Assembly (NCBI GenBank): GCA_964652335.1
Contig: CAZZDL010000001.1
Location: 1-62,080 of the forward strand
Direction: 5' to 3'
From: Candidatus Micrarchaeota archaeon
Lineage (GTDB): Archaea; B1Sed10-29; WALL01; WAMD01
Length of the DNA stretch: 62,080 nt
Shown here: positions 40,232 to 49,463 of the stretch, in pieces
Position numbering within the stretch: position 1 is the first letter of the stretch
Layout: every line of letters starts with the position of its first letter
Notes under the pieces: generated by a model
Told to the model about the DNA's origin: nothing
Databases searched by the model: none
The model's input: only the letters and a program-made list of their open reading frames with translations
Position numbers and translations under genes: made by a program

Positions 40232-40455
40232 TGAAGGTTGCTGTAATAATTGCTTTACTTATGGTCGGAGTAATAATCGCTGGATGCATTGGTGGACAAG
40301 AAACCAAAGTTGGAGGGGGTTACCAGCCCCCACAGAACCAGTCATTGGAGAATAGATCAGTTCCAGATCAAACAGAAATAGAAACCGCAGTAAACGAGAC
40401 AAACATAAGCGATTCAACAGAGATCGGAGACTTAACAGAAGAAATGCCTTTCTGA
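40231..40455 (+). CDS. Small acidic lipoprotein-like protein
   Basis: MKVAVIIALLMVGVIIAGC lipobox-like; start overlaps upstream stop (TAATG). Confidence 0.45.
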   Translation: MKVAVIIALLMVGVIIAGCIGGQETKVGGGYQPPQNQSLENRSVPDQTEIETAVNETNISDSTEIGDLTEEMPF

Positions 40456-40478
40456 CACAAAAACCCAACCCTTTTATT

Positions 40479-42224
40479 CTATTTTACTGTAACTGATTTC
40501 GCAAGGTTTCTAGGTTTATCTGGGTTCACACCCCTTTTGACAGCAAGGTAGTATGCAAGCAATTGCATTGGTAAAACTTCAAGTATTGGCGTAAATTCAC
40601 CAAGATAAGGAATTTCAACGTTTGTGTCAAAAATATTCTCCTCCTTAGATATACCTAATAAGAATGCGCCCCTTGCCTTCAGTTCCATGGCGTTGGATAT
40701 AATATCTTCTTTCGTTTCATCCTCGGGTGCAAGGACTATAACTGGCGTTCCGTTTTCTATCAAAGCAATGGTGCCATGTTTTATTTCTCCACCGGGGAAG
40801 CCCTCTGCGTGAACATATGACACTTCCTTAATCTTTAATGCTCCTTCCAACGCGATAGGATAATTCGCTCCTCTGCCGATTATGTATATGTTGTCCTTAT
40901 CCAGATCATCGGCAAGAAGCTTGAATACTTCCTTACTGGATAGTATCTCGCTCATCTTCGTTGATGTAGACACCAATAACTGCCTTGCTTCGTCCTCCCT
41001 ACCCACAGATGCATAGGCCATAAGAATCAACAAAGCTAACTGGTTTGTGAAAGACTTAGTAGCTGCAACCCCAATCTCAGGTCCTGCCCTAATATCAAAA
41101 ACCCAGTCCGCTAATCTAGCAAGGGTTGATCCATGGACATTAACTATTGCCATTATCTTTGCTCTTTTTTCCTTGGCTGCCCTAACTGCATCTAGAACAT
41201 CTGCTGTTTCACCCGACTGAGATATTGGAATAACCAATGTCCTGTTCGTTAGGAAATCCTTGTAATACGGAAATTCGCTAGCTAGGACTACGTTTATGTG
41301 TCTCTTTGCTATCTTTGAAAAGACATAGGAAGCTGTAAGGGCTGCGTGATAGGAAGAACCAGCAGCAACGAAGAAAACACCATACGCAGAATTTATTATC
41401 TCAACTGCCTTATCCAATGCTTCCTTTGGATAATTGGCAATTGCAGATATGGCCATTGGTTGTTCATCTATCTCTTTGAGCATGAAGTGTGGATACGATC
41501 CCTTGTCCGTGCCAGTGATATCTATTTTCATCTCTTCTGGTTGTTTGTTAATAATGTTACCAGAAAAGTCGGTGACTCTGTAATCTCCATCAAAGAAAAC
41601 TGCCTCTCCATCGTTGAGGTATACAACCTTGTTGGTATATCTAGCAAAGGCGATTGGGTCGCTTGATACAAAAAATTCATTATCTCCTATACCAACAACT
41701 AGTGGTGAGAATCTTCTTGCTGCCGCCATCTCCCCGCTTGTATGTATAGCCACTATAGCAAAGCTACCATTTAGCCTGCCAACTGCGGATAAGAATGCAG
41801 AATCAAACTCCTTGTCCTTCATCTCCTCCTCTATTAGATGTGCAATGACCTCAGAATCTGTGTCAGACTTGAACGTGTGTCCCTTGGCAGTGAGGTCTTT
41901 CCTTATCTCCTGATGATTTTCTATTATGCCGTTATGGACGATGGCTATATTACCATCGCATGATGTGTGTGGATGCGCATTTTTCTCGCTTACTCCCCCA
42001 TGGGTCGCCCACCTTGTATGGCCAATGGCTAGATGGGATTCGGGTATTGATTCTAAATCAGTAAACTTTCCTATTTCGCCAACTTTTTTTAACAAGAACA
42101 TGCCTTTCTGGGTAATCTCTGCTATTCCCCAAGAATCGTATCCTCTGTATTCTAGTGTCTTCAACCCGTTTATTACAATATCCCTTGCGTTTCTGTTTCC
42201 CTTGTACCCAATAATTCCGCACAT
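40479..42224 (-). CDS. glmS: Glutamine--fructose-6-phosphate aminotransferase
   Basis: N-terminal MCGIIGY, two SIS domains, C-terminal KPRNLAKSVTV. Confidence 0.95.
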   Translation of the reverse strand: MCGIIGYKGNRNARDIVINGLKTLEYRGYDSWGIAEITQKGMFLLKKVGEIGKFTDLESIPESHLAIGHTRWATHGGVSEKNAHPHTSCDGNIAIVHNGIIENHQEIRKDLTAKGHTFKSDTDSEVIAHLIEEEMKDKEFDSAFLSAVGRLNGSFAIVAIHTSGEMAAARRFSPLVVGIGDNEFFVSSDPIAFARYTNKVVYLNDGEAVFFDGDYRVTDFSGNIINKQPEEMKIDITGTDKGSYPHFMLKEIDEQPMAISAIANYPKEALDKAVEIINSAYGVFFVAAGSSYHAALTASYVFSKIAKRHINVVLASEFPYYKDFLTNRTLVIPISQSGETADVLDAVRAAKEKRAKIMAIVNVHGSTLARLADWVFDIRAGPEIGVAATKSFTNQLALLILMAYASVGREDEARQLLVSTSTKMSEILSSKEVFKLLADDLDKDNIYIIGRGANYPIALEGALKIKEVSYVHAEGFPGGEIKHGTIALIENGTPVIVLAPEDETKEDIISNAMELKARGAFLLGISKEENIFDTNVEIPYLGEFTPILEVLPMQLLAYYLAVKRGVNPDKPRNLAKSVTVK

Positions 42225-42274
42225 GGGATAGTTTTTAGAAAAACTATTTTAAAATGCATTTGGAAAAATAACCC

Positions 42275-42994
42275 ATGCGATTTATAGAATTTATGTACAA
42301 CGGCGTCAGAGCTGGTCTGGGATTGAGGGAGATTCTTACAACAAGAAGGTTCAAAGATAAACTTTATTCCATGCTAGTCAAAGAGATGCAATTTAGCCCT
42401 AGTGTCTTGTCTGCCAAAGAAGATCTACTGATAAGGGAATTCAATCTAGCTCATTGGGATGGGACAATAAGCAAATGGAGGATTGAACATTGCCATAGAG
42501 TAAAGAAAATATCATTCTCGCTCTGCAAACAGTGCAATCCAAGAATATTAGAGATCGCTTCAAGGCTTCACGACATAGGAAAGGTTGGTGGAGAGAGAAG
42601 GCATGTGGAGTTTGGAGTGAAGCTTGTTAAGCCTTTCTTATCCGCGTACTTCCAGGACGAAGCTCTGCCAGTCATTGAAGCAATACGCCTTCACCAAAAG
42701 CCAGCGAATGACTGGGAACTCCTGAATGCTAGTCAGGAAGCCAAAGTTCTAAGAGATGCAGACAAACTAGAGAAAATCGGTCCAAGTGGTATTGCCTTGC
42801 AAGTGGCGAAGCTGGCGTTCAGCGGAAAGCCTTTGAAGCTATTGTTCTCAAAGGACTATGATGAGGACTGGCTGAAAAAGCATCTGCTCACAGAAGAAGA
42901 TTTCATCCTAAAAAAATCAAAGAAGCTAGCAAAGGAGAGAATTGCGTTTGAAAAGAAATACCTAGCTAGGATCTCCAAAATCTATGTGTCCTGA
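42275..42994 (+). CDS. HD-domain phosphohydrolase
   Basis: RLHDIGK and later RDADKLE. Confidence 0.75.
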   Translation: MRFIEFMYNGVRAGLGLREILTTRRFKDKLYSMLVKEMQFSPSVLSAKEDLLIREFNLAHWDGTISKWRIEHCHRVKKISFSLCKQCNPRILEIASRLHDIGKVGGERRHVEFGVKLVKPFLSAYFQDEALPVIEAIRLHQKPANDWELLNASQEAKVLRDADKLEKIGPSGIALQVAKLAFSGKPLKLLFSKDYDEDWLKKHLLTEEDFILKKSKKLAKERIAFEKKYLARISKIYVS

Positions 42995-45593
42995 TAAATT
43001 TCCTCTCTGCATCTATTATCTTCTCCACCAATCTCTTTCCTCTGTTTCCACTGGCTAGTATCCTGGCTGCCGTCTCTGGTCCAATTCCCTTTCCAGCCAG
43101 GACCATCAATGCCCTCTTCCCATACTCCCTAATTAATGTAGCAACCCTCACTTTATCTCCTGGATAGTCAGGTATGAAAAACATTCTTCCACCACATTGA
43201 CAAACTATCTTGTCAGGATAATCCTTTACCTTCCTGTACATGAGTCTCCCACAGTTCATGCATTCTATGCTGACGTATGTATTCATGAGCCTTTCCTTGA
43301 CTATCTCAACTATCTCCTCTGTTGGCTTCTCAGCAAGGAAATAGCTTGTTCCAGATGACAAAAAGCTGGCTAATTTTGAAAACTGTTTTCTCTTAACCCG
43401 TTCTATTCTCACACTTCCTTTCTGTATCCCTATTAGTAATTTCTTTGTTCCTTGTATGTCCATTTTATCAAAAAAGACTTCCTTCATTGCCTCGGTGTAC
43501 ACGGGAGAATTTATCATTGCAGATATTATCCTTCTTATACTTATCCTTGAATAATCAACGTCCTTAGCTAAGAGGCCAAACCTTTTTGCTACGTGAATGA
43601 ATCTAGACTTAAAACTAGAACTCCTAGACAGGTATGAAGAAAGCATCGTCTCTACGCTATTTGGGTCTATCTCTTTTATCACTCCAATTACATCATCAGC
43701 TCTTGCGTCTAAGCCTATTCTGTACGCATCCACCCTTTTGTTTATTGACCTCCCGTACTTCATTGAGAGATGACCAGCAATTAATTCTGCAAGTGTTTCA
43801 TTTACCTTGTTCCCATATGGAGAATGTATAACTGTGGTTCCAGGGACCTCTTCTACATATATCTTGTTGGGTGTCGGGATAAATTCTAGTTTTGATGCGA
43901 ATTTCAATATTGCCTTCCTGTCAACAATCTCCTTTGGTGGGTTCTTCCATCTAAGTGAAACTTCGTTCGCCACTTTAGTAGAAACAGGTATCTCCTCTCC
44001 AACCCAGTCAGGTATGGCTGCTGTGAAGTCGGACGCTGGTTCAACTATAACTTCGTTTTCTGTTATGTCTATAACCTTCCACGGAGAGCCTTTTGTTATG
44101 AAGACCGCTCCGAGGTATAAATGATCTGATACAAATATCTCGTCAAGTACACCAACATTCTTTCCTGATATTCTGTTCTTGACCCACAATTTCTTTTCGT
44201 CTGGGATGGTGGAAAGATTTGAGAAGTAATACACATATGCCTTTCTTCTTGCTTTGTAGCTATCATCATTTAGCCATATCAACCTCTCCTCGTCTAACGT
44301 TTTTAGGACGTCTAAGAACTCTGTCCATGTCAAGTCATGATATGGATATGCCCTTCTAACTAAATTGAACGCATAATCTAGTTTAACTCTACCAATATCT
44401 AGGCTCAGACCGACTATTTGATGAGCGAGGACGTCTAGTGGTTTTTCTGGTATATTCAGCTCCTCAAGTTCCCCTTTTTTGGCAAGCTCGGCAATTACTC
44501 CTGATTCTAGTGTGTCCTCTTCATCTCCAGCGATTATTACCCCTCTTGGTCTCTTTTCTATGGAGTGTCCAGACCTTCCAATTCTTTGAACAAGCCTTGT
44601 CACTTGTCTCGGGCTCATATATTGGATTACCAAATCAACCCTACCAATATCTATCCCTAGTTCTAAACTGCTTGTGGCTATCAAACCCTTTATTTTGCCT
44701 CCTTTAAACTTCTTCTCAGCTAGAAGGCGGACGTCCCTAGATAAGCTTGAGTGATGAACAGATATATTGTGTCTCTTATCCCAGGCAAGGTATCTGGAAG
44801 CTAGAAGTTCTGCCATTGACCTTGTATTAACGAATGTGAGAACAGCTCCATGATCTTCAACTAGCTCGTGTATTCTTCTAAGTCTTGCAACAGCGGATGG
44901 GTGTAATCCTAGTGCCTCTCCAGTCCTCTTGTCGTCTTGATTGGGTCTTGGTGATTCAACTGTTATATCTATTTTCCTTTGTTTAGCTAGGGTTATCTTT
45001 TTCTCCAATCCAAGAAAATTCATGGCCTTATCTGGATCTCCTATTGTGGCAGAGATACCTATCCTCTGAAACTTTGCCCTGTCTGCCAGACGTTCCAATG
45101 CCAGGACAAGCTGGCTTCCCCTCTTGCTCTCTATTAGCTCGTGAAGCTCGTCAACCACAACCCATTTTACATTGGCTAGATGCTTTCCAATTCTCTTGGC
45201 TGGGAGAATACTTTGAAGCGTCTCTGGTGTTGTAACCAATATCTTGGGTGGTTCTTTTGCCTGCTTCCCTCGCTCTGATTGCTTTGTATCTCCGTGTCTT
45301 AGACCAACAGTTATTCCTAGTTTCTTTGCCCACCAGAATGTTCTCTCAAATATGTCTCTGTTCAACGCCCTTAATGGGGTTATGTATAACATAGCTATAG
45401 ATGGGGGGTTGTCTTCCAGTATTTTGCTCAAGATTGGAAGCAGGGCTGCCTCTGTCTTTCCATAGCCTGTTGGTGCAACTATTAACACATTCCTGCCAGA
45501 GGCCACCTCTGGGAATGCCTTTTTTTGTATTTCTGTGGGTTCTGGGAACCTTTCCTTGAATAACTTCTCCACTTCTTTGCTTAGATAACTCAT
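42966..45593 (-). CDS. lhr: Lhr-like ATP-dependent SF2 helicase
   Basis: APTGYGKT, VVDELHEL, SSLELGID, QRIGRSGH, C-terminal zinc ribbon. Confidence 0.9.
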   Translation of the reverse strand: MSYLSKEVEKLFKERFPEPTEIQKKAFPEVASGRNVLIVAPTGYGKTEAALLPILSKILEDNPPSIAMLYITPLRALNRDIFERTFWWAKKLGITVGLRHGDTKQSERGKQAKEPPKILVTTPETLQSILPAKRIGKHLANVKWVVVDELHELIESKRGSQLVLALERLADRAKFQRIGISATIGDPDKAMNFLGLEKKITLAKQRKIDITVESPRPNQDDKRTGEALGLHPSAVARLRRIHELVEDHGAVLTFVNTRSMAELLASRYLAWDKRHNISVHHSSLSRDVRLLAEKKFKGGKIKGLIATSSLELGIDIGRVDLVIQYMSPRQVTRLVQRIGRSGHSIEKRPRGVIIAGDEEDTLESGVIAELAKKGELEELNIPEKPLDVLAHQIVGLSLDIGRVKLDYAFNLVRRAYPYHDLTWTEFLDVLKTLDEERLIWLNDDSYKARRKAYVYYFSNLSTIPDEKKLWVKNRISGKNVGVLDEIFVSDHLYLGAVFITKGSPWKVIDITENEVIVEPASDFTAAIPDWVGEEIPVSTKVANEVSLRWKNPPKEIVDRKAILKFASKLEFIPTPNKIYVEEVPGTTVIHSPYGNKVNETLAELIAGHLSMKYGRSINKRVDAYRIGLDARADDVIGVIKEIDPNSVETMLSSYLSRSSSFKSRFIHVAKRFGLLAKDVDYSRISIRRIISAMINSPVYTEAMKEVFFDKMDIQGTKKLLIGIQKGSVRIERVKRKQFSKLASFLSSGTSYFLAEKPTEEIVEIVKERLMNTYVSIECMNCGRLMYRKVKDYPDKIVCQCGGRMFFIPDYPGDKVRVATLIREYGKRALMVLAGKGIGPETAARILASGNRGKRLVEKIIDAERKFIRTHRFWRS

Positions 45594-46252
45594 GCTCTTC
45601 CTCTCTCCTTCTTTCCTGTAAACCTGTGGAATCGCGGGTTTCTCCTTATTCTATCAACATCAAACGGGATATTGTGTCTTGTTCTGTTCTCAGGAAAAAG
45701 ATCCTGTGCAACTATCCCTCTTTTCTTAAATTCGTTCATGATCTCCTCCCAGAATAAATCCCGTATCTTTGATAGTGTCTTTCCAACGTGGAGGGCGTCA
45801 ATGCCAAGGAGCGGCTCTACCTCTCTCTGAAGATAATACCAGTTTTCATCGTCCTCTGCATGAGCTATAAATGGGTTTAGCTCTTCCCAGTTTTTTACCT
45901 CCTTTTCAACTTCGTTTTTGTTTAGTTCTCCATTTGAGATAAGGTCATTCACCTTCCTTTTCACATCCTTTATGGCCTTTGTCACTACCTCATCTATCTC
46001 CTTCGGATCAACTGGTTCTCCATAGAATGCATCCACTGCGTCTTTCGGCTTTTTGTGTTGAACCTTGAAATAATACGTCTTCCTTTGGCTGGGACCGGCT
46101 TCAATAATAACCTTGTAGACTGGAATTGCTTTTCCTACGCTTTCTATACTAGATATCCTATAATTACCCAACGCCTTCAGTATCTCATTTAGCTTAGCCA
46201 AATGCCTTTCCTTTATGTGTTGCCCTGAACCAGATTTTGTTTTCGATTTCAT
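45590..46252 (-). CDS. Hypothetical 220-aa protein translationally coupled to lhr
   Basis: Stop overlaps lhr start (ATGA); no motif assigned. Confidence 0.55.
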   Translation of the reverse strand: MKSKTKSGSGQHIKERHLAKLNEILKALGNYRISSIESVGKAIPVYKVIIEAGPSQRKTYYFKVQHKKPKDAVDAFYGEPVDPKEIDEVVTKAIKDVKRKVNDLISNGELNKNEVEKEVKNWEELNPFIAHAEDDENWYYLQREVEPLLGIDALHVGKTLSKIRDLFWEEIMNEFKKRGIVAQDLFPENRTRHNIPFDVDRIRRNPRFHRFTGKKERGRA

Positions 46253-46722
46253 CTTTATCCCTCTTGTTTTTTGTTTTTGGTTTTTTGTTTTATTATTCGT
46301 TGCGTAAACAGCCTTCTAATCGGCCAAATCCGTTGCGGGCTTGATCAAGCCTGATTCTAGGAAAAAGAAAAACAAAAGTGAGTGTTTGTTAAAAAAATGT
46401 ATTGTAAAAAATATACTTTAACTAAATATCTAACAAAAGTATATTTTTCGTAAAATTCTTTATAAAGTATGTTTACGAAAGGATATAATATAAAATAACG
46501 ATTTTCTCCAAAAAATTTGAAATGGCCAATATGGCGTTTTAACCAATAGAATCTCTTGTATATTGGTTTAAATAGTAGACAAACATTATTTTCTTCGTTT
46601 TTGCCATAAATAGGTCAAATTTTCGCAAAATTATCAAATAATAAGTCAAATTGTCCCGTTTCAAAAAACAGTTATTTTTTCGTGTTTTTTCACCGGGAAA
46701 CCAAGGGGTTAGCAATAAAAAA

Positions 46723-47163
46723 TTAAACCATTCTTATTATTTCCTTTAAGACCGTCTCTGTCCTTGATAAACTCTGGTTTACAGCTGACCTAAGATTTTC
46801 AAGGCTTGGCTCTCCCTCAAAGTTTGTATGGACGAAATAACCACCCCCTTTTTTGTCTATTATCCCTATCTCCCTCATCCTTGATATGTGGTAGTTTACA
46901 AGCCTCTCTTCTATCCCTGTCTCCTTGCTTATTTCAGATGTTTTTGCCGGTTTACCGTTTGAGAAGTTTATCTCTATGATTTTATCAATTATCCTAATCG
47001 CTGTGTCCCGCTTGTCATTTGGGTTTGCAAGCCCTACCGCAAGGGCGAACCACCTTACAAGGCTCTTCCTTGCTAGAGCAATGCTTTTGGGTCTCTTCAT
47101 CTCCCTTATTACAAAAGTTCTCTCTATTATGTCCAGGCCCATATTAATACCGTCTGCTCCCAT
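46723..47163 (-). CDS. Island ORF: winged-helix DNA-binding protein
   Basis: TSEISKETGIEERLVNYHISRMREIGIIDKKGGGYFV. Confidence 0.55.
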   Translation of the reverse strand: MGADGINMGLDIIERTFVIREMKRPKSIALARKSLVRWFALAVGLANPNDKRDTAIRIIDKIIEINFSNGKPAKTSEISKETGIEERLVNYHISRMREIGIIDKKGGGYFVHTNFEGEPSLENLRSAVNQSLSRTETVLKEIIRMV

Positions 47164-47207
47164 AGTTTTATATTTAGGTAGTCATAAAATAAAAAGAGGG
47201 GATCAAA

Positions 47208-47567
47208 ATGAAGATAAGAACAAGCTTTCTACCAATAAGGCTAGTAATAGGGCAGGAAAGGCCAGTCACCCTAACTGTTGAAGTAAAAAATACAGAAGAG
47301 GAACCTAGAAACTTCTCTGTTAATGTCTCTCTCCCTAAGAAGCTTGGATTTGACAGGGCTGGTTTGACAACAGAAGCTAGACAAAGACTAGGAACAATAG
47401 AGCCTGGAGAGTGGGGCTCTGCCAGTTTCAAGATATACTCAAAGTTTGGAATAAAGGAAGGAATATATGACATTGATGTATATGTGAGAGAACACCCAAT
47501 TGGCAGGTTTGACAAGGATTTGGCAGTCGGGAAGACAAGGGCATCTCTTAGGGTTATATCTGGTTGA
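47208..47567 (+). CDS. Island ORF: small all-beta (Ig/CARDB-like?) protein
   Basis: Alternating beta-strand pattern PVTLTVEVKNTEEEPRNFSVNVSLP...GIYDIDVYV. Confidence 0.45.
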   Translation: MKIRTSFLPIRLVIGQERPVTLTVEVKNTEEEPRNFSVNVSLPKKLGFDRAGLTTEARQRLGTIEPGEWGSASFKIYSKFGIKEGIYDIDVYVREHPIGRFDKDLAVGKTRASLRVISG

Positions 47568-47799
47568 AGCCTTTGAGCTTTTGATTTTGCTAGTATTATG
47601 GTAAGATGTATAATAAACTAGTGTAGACACATAAACCCATTATCTTTGACTCCTTTTTCTGGGAAATCTAGGTCTAAGGAGCCAAAGAAGCTGTTATTAG
47701 GACATGAACTAGATTGTGTGTGCTCTGTTTTTTAGTGGATGTTCTGTTTATTCTAGTTCAACCAAAACAATTATAAATCTTGGCTGAATAAAACCAGTC

Positions 47800-48156
47800 A
47801 TGGCAAAGTACGAAACGACAATAAAGATCAAAGCCAGGGAGCGAATCCCTGATCTGTTAACAATACTGGAGGGTTTATTCTATAGAAAACCAGAGCTAGG
47901 AAAGAAAGCATTGGAGCTTGTGTACAAGATTATTGAAAGAAAAAGGATTCCTGCAGAAGAGTGGAAGAAACTGCAAGAAGAATTAGGTGTGTCTCATCAA
48001 GAGTATTATACAATAATTGGAAAGTTGAGGGGAGCAGGGATGATATCAAAGGAAGATGGGGAATGGATCCTATCAAGGCAGTTTGGTAACAGAATGGGAG
48101 AGATGAGAGATATATGGATGAGCTTTGTTAAGAGGTGGGAAAATGCCAAGGTTTAG
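47800..48156 (+). CDS. Island ORF: small wHTH-like protein
   Basis: GVSHQEYYTIIGKLRGAGMISKEDGEWIL. Confidence 0.45.
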   Translation: MAKYETTIKIKARERIPDLLTILEGLFYRKPELGKKALELVYKIIERKRIPAEEWKKLQEELGVSHQEYYTIIGKLRGAGMISKEDGEWILSRQFGNRMGEMRDIWMSFVKRWENAKV

Positions 48157-48613
48157 GTTGTATTCTTCCCTTACTGGGGCTAAGATGATAATAGAAAGGG
48201 ATGGGAAAGAAGAAGTAATAGACATTGAAAGACCTTTCTGGGAAGATGTGTTGTTGGCGAAATGGATAAATGAAAGATATAAGATAGTCAGGTCTGGCCT
48301 CCTGCTGCGATCTGCAAAGATATTTCTAAAGGGCGAGTTAATAGGTAGAATAAAGGAGGTTTTTGGATTCACTACGAGCATATCTGTTTTTTCCAAATCA
48401 GATAAGGTATTTGACATTGTTGAAAGGGATTATCTGTTAAAACAAGAGTTTATAGTAAAGAAAGGCGATCGGGTTGTTGGAGTAATCAGGCCCATCGGCG
48501 TCTACGTGCCATTGCTTTCAAATATTGGAAAGGGGTTTTCAGGTGAATTTTATGGTCTGTCTCCTAGCGAAGAAAAACTGCTTGTCTTGAGCATAATTGC
48601 TCTCGGAGTATAA
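48143..48613 (+). CDS. Island ORF: beta-rich protein (tubby/LURP-one-like fold suspected)
   Basis: AGGTGGGA SD before ATG 48143; overlaps upstream ORF by 14 nt; FIVKKGDRVVGVIRP pattern. Confidence 0.4.
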   Translation: MPRFRLYSSLTGAKMIIERDGKEEVIDIERPFWEDVLLAKWINERYKIVRSGLLLRSAKIFLKGELIGRIKEVFGFTTSISVFSKSDKVFDIVERDYLLKQEFIVKKGDRVVGVIRPIGVYVPLLSNIGKGFSGEFYGLSPSEEKLLVLSIIALGV

Positions 48614-48678
48614 GCTGAGTAGCTAGAAAAAAGTTTTTTGAAAAGGAAAAAAGTTTTTGATAGTGGTTTTTGATTGCT

Positions 48679-48966
48679 TTATATCTTACCTAAACGCCTT
48701 AGAACTGCCTCAAACTCATGGGCAAGCTCTTCCCCTGTATCTGTAAGCCTCACTAGTTTTATTCTTCCCTCCTTTTCAAATATAACAAGGCCTAGCTCTG
48801 CCATTGTATCTAGCAACTTAACCATGTGGGCATAAGTCGTGTCTGTCTCTTTGGCTAGCATCCTAGCGTACCAGGCCTTTTCCTTGTCGGCAAGCAGAAC
48901 CAATGTCCTAACCGGCTTTTCATGCAGGAAAAAGCTTATTGGATCTATGTCTGCCATTTCAATCAC
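48679..48966 (-). CDS. Island ORF: ArsR/PadR-like small wHTH protein
   Basis: ARMLAKETDTTYAHMVKLLDTMAELGLVIFEKEGRIKLVRLTDTGEEL. Confidence 0.65.
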   Translation of the reverse strand: MIEMADIDPISFFLHEKPVRTLVLLADKEKAWYARMLAKETDTTYAHMVKLLDTMAELGLVIFEKEGRIKLVRLTDTGEELAHEFEAVLRRLGKI

Positions 48967-49124
48967 CTTTACATATAACGCATGTTTTATTTAAAAATAT
49001 ATCTTACGTCCGTTTTTTTCTAACGAATTCCTTTACACATATATTTTACTTAATGTGTTTTCTATAAGATATTATAAAAAATGTTTATTCAAAAATGTAT
49101 TTTATAAAACAAACATAATTTTCG

Positions 49125-49463
49125 AAAAAGTGAGAGTTCTATATCGGGTTGGCAAGACAAGGCAGAAAAGCAGAAAATGAAAGAAAAAGTGAGAGAGGAA
49201 AAAACCAAAGGATAAAAATAAAAAGGGAAAACAAGTAAAAGATAATCGGTGATAAAATGGGCATAATAAATGCCTTAAAAAACCTGATAAAGAAAAAAAG
49301 TGAGAGATCTCCTGAGATAACGGAAAAACCGAGCATAGGGGAGGCATCCGATCTTGCAAAAAGGGAAAAAAGTGAGAGATCCAATAAAATAATGTTAGAC
49401 GAGCCAGAGGAGCAAGGCAGGGGCCATGAAAAGCCCGCGTTTTTCGGAAAAAGTGAGAGATCT
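49125..49463 (+). repeat. Five direct copies of AAAAAGTGAGAG (three extended to AAAAAGTGAGAGATC[TC])
   Basis: Copies at 49125-49136, 49184-49195, 49295-49306, 49367-49378, 49448-49459; spacing 59/111/72/81 nt. Confidence 0.9.

Noticed and set aside
46692-46710. Possible degenerate fourth copy of the 22-nt core (ACCGGGAAACCAAGGGGTT) at the left edge of the island
   Set aside because: It needs two indels and a mismatch to align and could arise by chance. It is mentioned only as something a proper alignment should test.
49125-49463. Possible CRISPR array formed by the AAAAAGTGAGAG copies
   Set aside because: The repeat unit is only 12-16 nt, spacing is irregular (59-111 nt), there is no dyad symmetry, and there are no cas genes. 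It fits an iteron/operator or a coding repeat, not CRISPR.
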